Below are positions 1 through 13,381 of a DNA stretch of 64,000 nt, piece by piece. Made by a program: the position numbers and the translations under genes. Under the pieces are notes generated by a model. The model saw nothing but the letters and a program-made list of their open reading frames with translations. It did not search any database and was not told where the DNA came from. Where the stretch lies: positions 360,866 to 424,865 of the forward strand of contig NMRA01000232.1 in the NCBI GenBank assembly GCA_002633005.1, in the 5' to 3' direction. The DNA is from Phoronis australis (taxonomy: Eukaryota > Animalia > Phoronida). Each line of letters starts with the position of its first letter. The stretch's first letter is position 1.

Positions 1-1031
1 GAGCGCGAGGAAATATTGAGTCCACCAATTAATCTCGGTACTTAACATGTGGCTGCGGGGGGGGGGGGGCTCGGACCCAATCGTATCAGGGGACCTGTGT
101 AAACGCGTTCTCATTTTTTTTGCTTTTTTAGTCCACTGTTGGCTTTGCAGTACGAGGACCAGAAATTCGAGCAACCCAATTTTTCGGGCTGGGTTCTCAC
201 ATTCAATCGTAAACCACACTTGCCCAAGACAAAATGACAAAATGTTGCCCCCCCCCTATGGTACCCTCGATCCGCCAATGTAATTTAGAGATGCAGCCAT
301 GGAATCGTTTCTACCCCATGCACTAGGTCCAGAGCTCTATAATTGCCAACCCATGCAGTCCCAGGGCCTGGAAATTAACATCACAGTGTCACGCAGGAAA
401 CTTATTTTTCGTAAGCAACTTATATCGTGCACCTCCGAGTTGTACATAATCTCCCAGAAGAGGAAACGTTAACAACCAAGCTCGACGAAGTCATGAATCA
501 CTAAGACTCGATTGCAGGTTTAAAATTGAACACAACTCACGAGGCTGTAGCCTGTATTATACTGAATATACTGGGTATAGACAAGTACACGGACACGTCG
601 ACTTCGAATGACTCGGGATAGCGACAGAAATAGTTGAGAGAACCGAAGTTCAGAAAAAATTAATCTTGTTGTTTACGAGTAAGAATCAAGCTGTGATTTC
701 CAAATGTTTGTACATTCTGATTTCTTGTTTAGCTGGCAAGAAGTCCCAAAACACCTAACTCACCTCTACCGTTTGTGCTTGACATGTTTCTCTTCCGTCA
801 GCTGATTCGTGTGCATTATGGGTAATCTCTCCACTGGCAACCCCGCATAAATAATGAGGTTTGGCTGAAGGTCCGCCCACTTTTTATAAATTTAAAAAAT
901 TAATAGTAAAATAACGAGAGTATGTACATGGCTGTAATTTACGAAAAGAGTTAATTTTAGTGATATCTTTCGATTGGCAAAGCTCAATTTGTGATCTAAG
1001 CAGGCGAAAGTAAAGGAAATAGTGACTTTAA

Positions 1032-1344
1032 AGTGACATTGGCGAGAACAGTCTTAATTCAGCCGGCCTAGCGCGGCGGAAACGAACCTAAAATTCTCGC
1101 TTCTCCACTAAACGCTATCAGTGTACGACAGAGACCTTCAACTGGTGAAGTCATAGATTATCACCGGCCTCGATTTCAGCGAATCTCTGGAAGACAACGG
1201 TGACAACAGGCGACTGGTAATAAGAACACAACAAATTTTATTGATTTATAGCTCCAGTCAATGATAATAACTAATTAAACGTTTATCCCATTTAGCTGTA
1301 ATATCAAAATTGCGTTGCTTGGCTTTAAGAACGACAATGTCCCT
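1032..1344. mobile_element. Short non-autonomous Kolobok-type DNA transposon
   Basis: TTAA at 1028-1031 and 1345-1348; TIR AGTGACATTGGCG / CGACAATGTCCCT (11 of 13). Confidence 0.6.
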
Positions 1345-3877
1345 TTAAAGTGGCTATAAAACTGTCTCTCCCCTCAAAAACAACTTTTGATTTAGACCAT
1401 TTAAAAACACAGACAGTTCGTGATTGCTTGGGAAGGCTCCACAAGTTTGTTTGTGGGTGAACATTGCCGTCTTCTCTATCGGGGTGTCCCGAAACGAGAT
1501 GTGTTCCCACGAAGCTAACGGCTGATGACGACCCGCGATCTGACTATCGCTGTGCCCCCTAAAGGTCATTTTGCTCTCAAAGCTGGTAGCTTTCAAAGCA
1601 AGTTACGGAGACCTACGGTACATTTGCATGCGTAGCACTAGAAAGCCCTAAATTACTGTTCTCAGCTTCTCGGCCTAAATATTTGAAGTTTTCCAACATC
1701 ATGGAACACTGTGGTCTCCCGTTTGCTGTAATTGGCAGTTTTCCAATTTGTTCCCGCCTTCAACTTTAAGTGAGTGTTGCAGAGTCTCATCAGTTGACAG
1801 ATATCCCTGGAACAGATATATTTTGTGAATTCCGTCTTGATATGGATTTGCGTTTTTTGCCAAATTTTTTCACAAAAATTGAAGTTGAGTGCTCATTCAG
1901 CTGTAACTACCATTCTGTTGAGTGTACCACGCGAAAGTCAAATTTCTATTTAAAATGTATTCTATTTGCTATCAGGATGAAGTAGTATCTTTTGATCAAA
2001 TCAATTTCAGATGACTGAACAGGCGTGTGTCGACATGCAAAAAGAGCTCCAATGTTACGAAATGTCCATGCATGAAAGAAATGGGGCTGTTCGGAAAATT
2101 TATATTAACTAGAGGGCGCGCGTGTACTAGTGGTGATAGATTAACAGCCTCGATTTCGCGAGCCCTTTAAATACATGGTGAAATGGCTTGTAGGCGTGCC
2201 AACTGAATCTGAGATTGCGTGAAAAGGGTGCTTCTATGAGAGAAAGTAAGCACGACCTTATACAAAGGTAAGGTTTGTGATTATTTTAACAATTATTCCA
2301 TGTTTATTCTACTGATGCCAGTTAACTGAGATACTCGCCGATGTCGACTTCACGGCATTGGCCAGTCGGGTTAATCTTTGTTTGTTGTGATGCGTGTTAC
2401 GATACTTGACGTAGCACTCGGGATGTTTTCGTACATCAAAGCAGTATTATTGTTTGGAATGATTTCTAACAGGTTTATCAGTGACAGTTACATCAATGAA
2501 TGATGAATGTTTAACTCGATATTGGTTAGTGAGATTACAATCCAAGCCCAATGCCATGGCAAAGGGTACGTAAATATACATTAAACTATTTGTTTCCTGT
2601 GTCTTCCGGAAATTTATTACACGTTGAAATGAAAATCTATCATGTCTGTTTTCACGTGACCTTTGGTTTTTAGGTTTGAGGGCTTGAACCGTGCAGTGGA
2701 GATATGCTTCTGCATCGACCCTGAATGGACAAAAATTGGTTTTAAACAGTTGACTGCAGTTAACCAGCAAGGTCTCCCCATCCAGAGTAGATCTGTTGTT
2801 AAAGCCTACTTTCTTCATCGGAGACAACGAACAAGATTTGTTACTCCGGCCCACAGCATTTCCACACACCATAGTGCTGCATGGTACAATGTACATGTCA
2901 GAGGCCCTGGTGAAATGTGAATCGCAGTACGAAGTTACCATAAGACAACGTGTTGTTTGTTTATGAAGAGGAACTATATCTGACTGCTACACAAGTCAGC
3001 CTCGTTGGTGAGGATGGCCTTTCATAGGCAATAAGTCATGTGTGGACAATAGCTTATTTCCTTTCCTGGAAGAAACATGCTGGATTGAAGCTAAAGAAGA
3101 CGTAGTGACACTCTGGTCTAGTTCAGGGTCAGATTTTGGGCGCAAAACGAGTCAAGTGATATGCTGTTGTGTCTACCTTCAAGGATCTAATTGAGGCTGA
3201 ATGAAGTTACCTGGAGGAAAGCCACGTGCCGAAACTGGACCTTTTTTACAAGCGTTTCTATAGGCTATTGAAATTACATCTCTATGAAATGAAAACCAAA
3301 AGCATCTGGTATAAATACCTGTCCTTTTTCACTGAGTGACATTAACTTTTCCTTTCAGACGAAAGGCTTTATGCTAATGATAAAAACTTTTCAATTTGGT
3401 GCACATTATGGGGGAAATGACATTCAGTGACTGCATCGATTGTCTTATTGTCAGTAGAAAGCCAGTTAATGTTACACTTTGATGATGAATAAAATTTTCA
3501 TCAACTGGCAAGTTTGTCACTAATTATTGAAACCACAGTATTTCCTCAGTTTTAAAATCCCACACAGTGCAGTTGTGCTTATTCTTTATAAAGCTGAAAT
3601 TATTAGCGATTACGCTTGCGAATTGTCGTTTTCCTCAGTGTTGACCTCTAGAAATGTGTAGCGATCAAAATGAAGTATTGATTCCCTTTGTTTGCATTTG
3701 ATTTGTTTGTTTGTGTAATTATTTTTAGAGCTTTCTTAAGAAGGCCTTTGCACAATTTTAAGTTTTGTGTTAACTTGTCCACAACAAAAGTTCCACATGC
3801 AAGAAAAGTATATAAAGAAACAACATTGTTAAAACAATTGTAATTTTCCCTAGCAATGGAGTCCAAAATCAGGCATA

Positions 3878-4720
3878 TCAAGGGCTGAATTTCTGAAGTT
3901 TGTTCGATTCTCTCAGGTTAATGCTGAAGGATTGCTTTTCACTTTGTCCAAAGGTAAAATAGACGGTGAGGCGGCTGGTTTCAGTCGTTTTCTCTCACCT
4001 GTAGCAGAATAGCGGGAGAATATTAACAAATTATAAAAGAAAACACAAGACAGACTACTTTATTAAGGCAGATCATACTTGACGTTTCATCTTCATGTTT
4101 ATATTATGTAGAAACTAACAATCTTTGTACCCAAGTCTTATCTAAGATCTGAATTAAACTATGTGAAACAGGCTAAAAGTGATTTAATAATGTGTATTTT
4201 TCACGACACCTAAAATGTGCATCTGACCTCAACAAGTCATAGTGAAATTCATTCTAGGTGTTAATTTTTATTCTAATGCAATGTTATGACGTTTACTGAA
4301 TAGCTTATTCATCGGTTAATTCAGTAACTAATCTGGTAGTCCTGGGGGTGGAGTCCGCCATAAAATAAGGAAACTCGCTCGTCTAGAGAATTTTATTGGA
4401 CATAGCATAGCTTTGAAGAGAACCTGCTGTGAAATTCATCCATGACTTCTGAGCGTCACGTACCATACACCTCTTATATTTGGCGCATTCCCATCACCGA
4501 ACGATCTCGATAGAAACTTGATTGCTAAAAACTTACCAAGTTACGTTGTGTAGTCTCCCAAAGGGGCTTCGGCATCCACACAATTTTTGTCAATTGGTTG
4601 ACCCTTTTGACCGCAATGCTTCACGAATGTAGTAACCTTAGGTCTTTTGGTAATTTGTGACCACCTGTCGAAGACTAGCACCAGAGAAAATAGCAATAAT
4701 AAGGCTTTGAGCGACGACGT
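3878..4720 (-). mobile_element. Decayed two-exon THAP zinc-finger remnant (DNA transposon derived)
   Basis: YCYFLWC*SSTGGHKLPKDLRLLHS*SIAVKRVNQLTKIVWMP...DY, GTAAGT donor at 4536, AG acceptor at 3999, then GERKRLKPAASPSIL (AVP-like box); stops present and CxxHF missing. Confidence 0.65.
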
Positions 4721-5885
4721 ATCTTGATAACAATCCGTCTTTTTACCAACTGTTTACATGCAGACAGCGACGCATGCGCAATTCAATCACCACTAGTACA
4801 GCAGCGACACTTCCAAATAGCCCCATTGTACTTCACTAGCCTGTGGTTTACAATATAATTTCAAATCGGTCGTGCGAAAGTTGATTACCTTGTTTCACAA
4901 TGCTAAAAGTTGTCTGATTGATCGGTTAGTTCTTGTTTATATAAATACACTATAGTTTTACTTGACAAATTTTTAATTCAACTGTTTTACGTATGTATGG
5001 TTGAAAAAGCGGTAGGGGTGATAACACGTGTCTAAGCAGTGTCAAGCAAGTAAAGAATAATTTTTCGCGCCTCACCTTGCTCCGGCATATTATGGAATCG
5101 TCTCCTCCGCTCATAAGGCTTTCGCGCACCCAGCCTTTAGTTTGGGGGGGGCTCGAATTTCTCACCAAATGGACCTTTTGCTAACAAAAAAGCTGGAGGA
5201 CTAAAAAAGAAACGAGGTACCTCCTTTAGAACTGTGAACTGCGCGTCTGCACCTTTTTAGTGGACTTTTGTCTCGTTTTCTCGGGCTTTTTGTTTCTCTG
5301 AGGCGGACCTTTTTGCCCATAAAAGTTTCTAATAATGGACTTGTCTACAGCTTCCCATTTCCTATTGAATTCTATTTAATATGATACCTGGTGGCCATTT
5401 TGAAGAGTCATTATCAAATTTTGCGGACTCATTGGTATTGAGATAGCTTCCTTCGTTACGTTGATAGGTTTTTCAGCTCACGTACATGTACCTGACACAG
5501 GGGCGGATCTCTTGTATTGCTGTCAGTCTCCAATTTTTTTAAGCAAGCGCAAACAAACGAAAACAAAATCAACATGACCCCCGTTCCTCTGTACAGCCTA
5601 TAAAACAAGCAATTCAAAACAAATTAACTATAAACGCTAGATTGATAATGCTAAACGCCAAAACGACAAGATTGGAAGGTACAAAGAGTCATTTTAAAGA
5701 AGCTCATAGTTTTGTATAGATAACTTTGTGTTCATTCCAGCTCGAATACCAGAAAAAAATGAGAAATCCAGTATAAAAAGTGTGCAACATCGAGGATTAA
5801 TGATAGACGTTAAGAAGAATCGTGTTTGAATGAGCGAGGAGTAAATCTCTGATACGGCCAGATACTGTTCATACAGAAATCTTAC

Positions 5886-5931
5886 CAACCGAATCCGACG
5901 ATGTTCAGCAATTGCCCTCCACAAGAAGGTC
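5886..5931 (-). pseudogene. SLC18-like exon (GPSCGGQLLNIVGFGW)
   Basis: 46 nt; ttttcAG/GTAAGA. Confidence 0.85.
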
Positions 5932-6229
5932 CTGAAAATGAAGAGAAGAGAACTTGAACATGTGACATACAGCCTTGTTCAAGACAAAACATTAACAGCA
6001 ACACTTGTGAGAAACATGCTTTAGGACATGATTTTGACGGATTTTGAAGGATTGCCTTTTCTAGTTTTTTGGCAGAACGATGTGACCAAATTGATGATTC
6101 TAATATAGTTCTTAATATTTTACGTGCAATGTACCGTGCTGTCTAACTGGAAACATTTTTTGACATTTTCCGTTCAACTTCAATATAAACTCTAGGTAAG
6201 TGTCTATAATTATGTGCTCGAGTATTTCA

Positions 6230-6425
6230 TGGAGTACATGGATCCCTGTCTAATCCTAGTTTGCACTTCATGACCCTAGCACTCAAGCTATAAGTTCGAG
6301 TCTGAACTTGAAATTTAAACTTTTTGCTCGACATTTCGAGTTTTTACTCGAGCTTGTAGCTAGATCCATGAGTCCAAGTGCTAAGCTGAACTAGAAGCTC
6401 GTCCACGGAAGCCATCATGTATACT
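6230..6425. repeat. Long imperfect palindrome (MITE-like)
   Basis: Arms such as GCTATAAGTTCGAGT / ACTCGAGCTTGTAGC. Confidence 0.5.
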
Positions 6426-6883
6426 GGGGCACAGAATGATAGGCTCTTATTCTGAGATCGTATTAGAGAAGGACCTAAGATGGCATCAATAATTCGATTT
6501 CGGGTAAAGAGTAAACTGCTGGACTTGGTTTTCTAGATGAAAACACTAGAAGTGAGCTTGGCGCAGAGGAAGTGTTTTAGGCGCTTAGTCAGTGCTGCAT
6601 CAAGAGCTACAAGTTATGCACTTATTTGACGTGCAGGCGTAAATACAAATTCAGTGAACCAACCCATCTGTTATACTTGACGAACCACTTTCTGTTTTTG
6701 TGAGTAACCGCCATCGAGCTATTGCAGTGCTCAACTTGGCGACCTGCAGCTCGCCAATGAGACTCCATGTCGTCTTTGGTGACCTTGAAAAAAATCGCAA
6801 GTCACAGCGAGTAGCAAAATCAAGGAAATTTTTACCCGAAATTTGCTTCAAAATAGTAGTGACTTGAAAGCTTTTCCTAGTTC

Positions 6884-7785
6884 AAAGTTGTTCTGCTTAT
6901 GTCGTGAAATCAGTGCATTTCCCGCCCTCAGCAGTTAGCGCCTATCAAAAATTTCAAATGCGAACATGAAGTAAGTCTAAACTGTTCGGCAAAAACCCGG
7001 GAAGGCCAAACCACGAAACGCGCCTCCAATACTCCTGGTCGTCTGCGTTCTCCGTAGGTAAGAGGAATCAAGGAATTTAGTTAGATTGAGCTAGAGTGAA
7101 CAAACCAAAATAATCTCAGAAATATATCTGAAAAAATATGAACTCTTAAGTAGTAAAACGTTTTTGAATGATCGCCTTAAAGGAGTCGGGCTTGGATAGT
7201 ATAACGCGGCGATGTGTCGCGAACGGGTAATGTATACCGCGACGCACAGCGAATGGTATACATTTATGCCTATGGAACAGATGCGAGAAAAAGTAAATGG
7301 TGACAGCGGAATTATATGTATTGTTTGGCGACTTCCCGCTTCCAATTTGGCAACCTTGGTTTTCATTTTGCGACCAGCGATTTTCACTAAGTCGTATTTG
7401 GCAAGTTGGCATTAAACTAAGCTTATTTCAGGGGTTTGAAGCAACTGCTGTAGTTCTTTGACCTTTAGTTCCAAAATTGTTCTGCTTAAGTCGTGCATTT
7501 GCCACTCTCAGCGCATATCAAACACAGCAGATACGAACACGAAGTAAACAGACGTAAGTCAGAATTGTCCGACAAAAATCGGGTAGAGTCAGACCACGAA
7601 ACTCGCCTCCAGTGTTCTCCGTAGGTATAAAAGGAATTTTGTTTAAAAATGGAGACAGTTGCACGTCATTTTTGGTCGGCGACTTCCGCCTCTGGTTTTG
7701 GCAACCTCGGTTTCCATTTGGCGAACAGCGATTTCCACTAAATCATATTTGGCGAGTTGGCCTTAAACTAAGCTTATTCCAGGGA
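6884..7785 (+). repeat. Diverged tandem duplication in an SLC18-like intron
   Basis: 6884-7070 resembles 7473-7638; 7324-7430 resembles 7672-7785. Confidence 0.7.
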
Positions 7786-7858
7786 CTTTTAGTGCTCCAC
7801 TATTGGTTCAAGCCAAATGACATGATACATGAGAATAACCTCGAAAACAGGAACTCAC

Positions 7859-8042
7859 CGATTGCCAGACCGAAATTGTAAGAAAAACAGTAGAGACCAT
7901 AAGCTACACCGTACTGCGAGTGATGGCGTAAATCTACGATATAGGCCAACAGAGGGCTCGTCACATCAATGCTTACTCCTAGACCGCTTCGGACAAGAGA
8001 GTCGGGACCGATAGTCGCCCAAATATTCTCACACAGTGGATA
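7859..8042 (-). pseudogene. SLC18-like exon (TM10-11; ...SPLLAYIVDLRHHSQYGVAYGL...)
   Basis: 184 nt; VDLRH SLC18 signature; TAG/GTGAGT. Confidence 0.92.
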
Positions 8043-8343
8043 CTACAAAACAACAAGATTATGCCTAATATGTCATCCATACAAAATAATGAGTCAGTTG
8101 AACAATCTTCAAGGTAGTGCAAGATCTTTTTGGACCTTATACTGATATGTAGCAACATGGTATCAATAATAGCTGGTACAAATTTCCGTAAAGTTCTGTG
8201 AGCTACCAGAGCCTCGTTTTTATCCACAAGGAACGTTTCATTTGCTATTAAAAATAGCCAAATCCGGCTTGTACCCTTCAATTCTCGAAAAATACACAAG
8301 CAACACGCATAAAAACAATTATCTTATTCATCAGACGTCTTGC

Positions 8344-8474
8344 CAACAGCAGTCCTGTTCCGGACAGAATCAGACTAGCGCAGCAGAAAATCCACTTGCC
8401 ACACGATGCCGAAAATGTGGCGGTTACCATTTGTGCACCGCACTGAAAAACGGACGCCACGACGAATACCAAAC
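8344..8474 (-). pseudogene. SLC18-like exon (TM8-9), ends at a GC donor
   Basis: 131 nt; LVFVVASVF...CGKWIFCCASLILSGTGLLL; TTG|GCAAGA. Confidence 0.8.
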
Positions 8475-9012
8475 CTGAATTATAGTAAAAAAATACTAAT
8501 TGCAAATTAATTAGGTATAGGATTCCAGTTTCTAATTACTTGTTAACACTGATAAAAACGAAAGACAGAATCGTTTTAGAAAGAATCCGACGAACTGCTG
8601 ACTTTGAGACACATTCAAAGTAAAGTACGAATAGAGTGCGGTGATCTATTGAAATCGATGAAAAACGAACGGCAAATAGGTAGATTCAAGAAGGATACCG
8701 GGAGGCCGGTTTACATAAAATGTCGGCGCATGAAGACACCAATGGTAGTTGCCTATTGCAGTACGCCTGAACGTGGAATAAGATGTGAACAACTGATTTT
8801 CGACATTACGTTTTCAAATGTGAAATAATATTTCTGTTAATGCACGAAAGTTCGACACCAAAGAGTTGGTAAATTTTAAGATTCGAAGGCGTTTGAACGT
8901 TCTCCGCGTTGTCTGAACAAATAGCCACCACCGACCTACCTACGCAGTTGATTTAATATTTAACATGAACTCAAAATTGCCAAAATGTTCTCTGGTTGGT
9001 AAACGAACTAAC

Positions 9013-9108
9013 CAATTTGCCACTGTTCTGTCTTCAACGAATCCATCATCCAGGCTGGACTGACGGTACACACGACGCCTAGACCCACATTCGCGAGCAC
9101 ATTACACA
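9013..9108 (-). pseudogene. SLC18-like exon (TM7; CNVLANVGLGVVCTVSPAWMMDSLKTEQWQIG)
   Basis: 96 nt; AG/GTTAGT. Confidence 0.88.
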
Positions 9109-9540
9109 CTGAAATAATGTAGACATAAATCACTTGATTAACAATTGAACAGACATGATGGACATGCACTGCATATATCCTTGGGGTGAAGGTTGGGGAA
9201 TACGGTTGTCAAGCAACACGTCCAATATTGGGAAAAAAGTTCCAAAATGTAAAAAGAAAAAAAAATCATTTGGGAAAAGGAGAGGGTAGGAGTTGGAGGG
9301 CAGGGAGCTAGGAGTTAGAAACCTATCGCTCTGACATTGGTTGTAGTTGAGGAAAAACGCGTCGACTTTGCTGGCCTCTGGTAGCTTTTAGGTAAATGTT
9401 GGCAATTGAAAAAACACCACCGGAGCGATTTTCAAAACAACCATATACCTGAACCAATTATGCTTTGCATGGCTAAGGTAATCTTTCGATGGGGACCATC
9501 TTCTTGAGTTTCTGACAGTTTTATGCTGGAAAGTACTTAC

Positions 9541-9607
9541 GGAGAGCAACGTCTATGTAAGGGTCCAACAACATTTGAAAGAATTCGCCGATGCTGGACT
9601 TCTTGGT
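9541..9607 (-). pseudogene. SLC18-like exon (TKKSSIGEFFQMLLDPYIDVAL)
   Basis: 67 nt; DPYI motif; AAG acceptor, GTAAGT donor. Confidence 0.85.
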
Positions 9608-9923
9608 CTTCAAAGGAAAACGGAGCATTAAATTCAAATTGGTGTTTCCCAGAATAACCGGTCCCTAGTCAAAATGACAAGGTGATACCCGGCTCAATCG
9701 TCCGTTACGAGTTCTGGGTATACATGAGTCTATCTACTATATAGCAAAGCCAATACACATATAAAAATCACTTTAGTGACTTACATGTACATAGATGCAA
9801 ACGATATAAACTCAAGAGGTTGCGCTTATGAAAAATGAAAAGTAGAACAGCTGAATTTCTTGCAGATCGACAGTTAAAGAATCCTAATCACAGTGGAATG
9901 TCAGTTCATTTAAAAACACTTAC

Positions 9924-9970
9924 AACAATGTCTGTTGTCGTATCTGGCACCTTTACGACAAAACGTAGAG
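9924..9970 (-). pseudogene. SLC18-like exon (ALRFVVKVPDTTTDIV)
   Basis: 47 nt; AG/GTAAGT; phases 1/0. Confidence 0.78.
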
Positions 9971-12365
9971 CTGTAACAGAAATACACAATGCCATCAATA
10001 ATCCGTGGTCCCTGAACTGTAGGGGAACATTTCGTGGGCACTTTCCCCTGACAAATACCTTTTTTCTTTCATGGCCAAATAAAAGTTCTCACGCTTTAAC
10101 CCACATCTTTCTGTAAAAAGGAACTTTAAACTGTTACATATGTTAAGCAGTAGAAGGCGTTGTAAACAACAGCATTAGCCAATCAAAAACCCATTTCTTG
10201 TACAGGGTGTACACACCATAGATCAGGATTGCACATCTACTGAAGACATCAGTGTAAAAAATGCACGCTGATAAACAAATTTTAAAAAAGCCTTTAACGC
10301 GATACACAGACTAAATTGCAAATTTGAAAGTGGTTCTCTGCCACTGAAACAGAATTCAACAGTTTTTTTCGTAAAGATTTTTAATTTCTGTTGATAGCAA
10401 GGAAATTTCTTTCTGTTTCAAATTTTAAAAAACGATCTGTTAACTGCTTGCCACTTCGTCGATTTTCTCCCAAAAGGCAAAACACGTCTATCTAGTATGT
10501 ATGGCAAGACATAGACGCAGCACATTTCCTTTGTATGAAAAATGTTACCTTTAATCTCAAGCGACTTCAAGCACACGCGCATTTATCATAAGTGCGAGGG
10601 AGATAAGAAACACTGTGGTAACCACAGAGTTTTTCTTTCGTACGTATTTCAAAAATCGTGAAATTTGTGATTTTTCTGGAAAATTCCTCAGAGGGGAAAG
10701 TGAATTCCTTTGTACTAGACAATGCAAGATGGTACTTTCGTAAGAAATTGTTTAAAAATACACAATATTTTGACAAGCTTTGCGTTCCATGCCTGTTTAT
10801 GTTCAATTAATACGGTTTAGCCCAACTCACTTAAGTTGTCTTTCTGATAATGAAAAAACAGACAATGAAAATATGTTTCCATGCCTACTATTCGCTTTTA
10901 ATTATTCGAAAAAAATCAAATTGCTGAGGATTTAATCAGTCGTTTGTTTGAATTACAAAAATGTGTATTTATGTACTGTTTAAAAATTGTGTCATATGTT
11001 GAAATCTAGGACTTGCGTTGAAATTGTACCATTTGATTATTTTAATAAAGCATTTTTGCGTTAAAATTCCTTTTGTACTGCTTTTAACAAATTGAAGCCA
11101 AAACAATATAACTTGCCCGCGAGTAACCTTAGTTCCCGTTTGGAATTTCTCATCTTTTTGCATTTCAACAAACATAACAGGGCAGTCCCGGACTACACGA
11201 CAATAGAACTCTCCTTTGTCCTGGATATGAAACAGTGCGTGACTTCACTTTGGAAATCAAACACATTTTTGCTGAAGACATGCCGGAAACTGGCGAGGGG
11301 CCGTGGAAATATTCTCGATTTCAGCCGTTCAAAAGTACCGGAATTGAGCGGGTATCTTCAAAAAAGGAATCCGTTCGGTCCAAAATCAAGACGCCGAACT
11401 TGTTTTACCCACTCGCATCGCATTTTCTTGTCTCTAATTGACGTCGGGCGGTGAAGGTGAAGAACTTCACATTATGCATCCACGGGTATATGTACAGTAC
11501 AGTTATCAAACCACGTCGGACAGCAAGCGGTTAAAGTGTGTTGGCATTGAAAGGATGAATAGAGTTATGCTGCCAAGAAAAACTTGCAGAGAATCAAACA
11601 ACAAACAACATGTGGAACTCCAGTGGTACGAAAACGAGGCAGAAAATGCGCCTGATGGATGTTTGCGACATTGCGGGTAAATACAACGAGATTCGAGTTT
11701 CACAGTGTAATCGGGGACCGTAATTTATATCAGCAAGTAATAAATTTCGGTTGCTTGATTTGACTTCTAAAGCGGATGCGATAGTTGTGAGATTAACGTT
11801 ATTTAATGGGACTGCATCAGCTTTTATCAAATCACAGAGTCTGTTGGTGGACATCTTACTTAGACATTTCTAAAAAACAAGTCGTCACTAAAACATCTTT
11901 TACGCGAAATATCACTAAAAATACGGTTAGCCATGATAACGCCATTTGAGAGGACAATGTTTTATTAAAAGCCATAGACCAATTTTTAGCTAAAATACAT
12001 CGTAACATCGTTTTAGATGGTCCTTTCGTATGGCAAAAAATTCAGAAAGTGTCATTTACTTTCAACATTTTGGGGATTAAGGTCTTACTTTGGTAGGCAT
12101 TCACATTTCTTAAAAGGTCGAGCCTAATTTTGATAGCCCAAAACGATATATTGGTGTCCTTGTTTATCATGCCCGTAATGGGGGCCCGGGCACCCTCGTC
12201 TCCCCTAAATCTTTCTGTGTATGATTTCATTAGCCGATTTCATTTCACTATCTCGGAGAGGTTTGAAATGAGTCCCATCAAAAACACATCTGATGATAAA
12301 GGAATGCAAACACGCTGTTCAGTAGTATCGGGTTTGGGCGCAATTGATTAAAAGCCAATGCTTAC

Positions 12366-12455
12366 CTCCATCAAAGAACATAAATCCAGCTAAGAATAGA
12401 AATGTTGCTTTTCGCCCGAGGTACTGGTAACAGATACTTCCAAATGGAAATCCTA
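12366..12455 (-). pseudogene. SLC18-like exon (GFPFGSICYQYLGRKATFLFLAGFMFFDG)
   Basis: 90 nt; AG/GTAAG. Confidence 0.9.
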
Positions 12456-12566
12456 CTGAAATAAAATTAATTGTTTTAAATGAGCTGTTTTCAAAATGAA
12501 AAACATACAGTAAGAAACAGCAGATACGGCACCAAAAATAGGGCAATGACAAGAAACAGTAATTAC

Positions 12567-12702
12567 AGCGAGAGCGAGAGAGGGAGGGAGGGAGGGTGNA
12601 GGTAGGGAGGGAGGGAGAGAGAGAGGGAAGGAGGGAGGGAGGGTTGAAGGGAGGGAGAGAGATGGGAAGAGGGAGGGGAGGGGGACAGAGAAAAGGGAGA
12701 AA
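12567..12702 (+). repeat. Polypurine GA/GGA low-complexity tract with a single N
   Basis: Direct reading; N at 12599. Confidence 0.9.
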
Positions 12703-13288
12703 GGTCTTCAAAAGAAATGAAACAGTGACAGAGGCGCAAGAAGATTGTAAGCATCTTTGACACACGAAGCAATGTAAAAACCACCTGAGAACGTTAACGG
12801 CAGGCGACACACACCTCATTCAGCTGATCTCATCAGTGTACCTTGCTAGTTTAACCTCGTTGAAAGCTGCTTTTCTTCTCTGGAACAGCGCTAGTGGCTG
12901 GGTTCACATCTTCGGGACACATGTCGAACGTAATAATTCGTATACAATTAGATAACACCACTTTCCAGAGATGGAATAAACATATCTGGGCAAACATGCA
13001 TTGCATAAAAAAATTAAGATATAATAACAACTCACATTACACTTAGGTAAAGGGATAAACTATTATGCAGACAGTTAGCAAATTCACCCAGCAAATGCTG
13101 ATTGGTATCATTAGACAAGTATTGGGAACGTAATACAAATAAAGTATAATTAGCATTGAAATTGTTGTTGAATAGAACTCATTTTGTTCTTAATCAGTTT
13201 CGTTGACAGCCCCTTGTGAATTGAAGAATGGACCACAAAAATGATTACGGATGGTCCAACTAAAATGATATAAAGATCTCATACTTAC

Positions 13289-13381
13289 AAATGATTCGAA
13301 CAGACAGACCAGCGAATGCAAAGTTGTTGGCCTTGACCCGTTCTTCGTCATCTGAGAAGACATAGGCAAGAAGCGCAAGAC
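13289..13381 (-). pseudogene. SLC18-like exon (GLALLAYVFSDDEERVKA...)
   Basis: 93 nt; AG/GTAAGT; DDEER signature. Confidence 0.9.

Noticed and set aside
4745-4840. Possible last (TM12) exon of the SLC18-like gene, WLV/STMGLFGSVAAVLVVIELR
   Set aside because: Needs a frameshift after three codons and overlaps sequence shared with a transposon subterminal motif (TGTACTAGTGGTGAT also near 2123); unresolved, not called.
12319-12819. 166-aa Pro/Ser/Leu-rich ORF
   Set aside because: Read-through of a CT-rich tract into one 90-nt SLC18-like exon.
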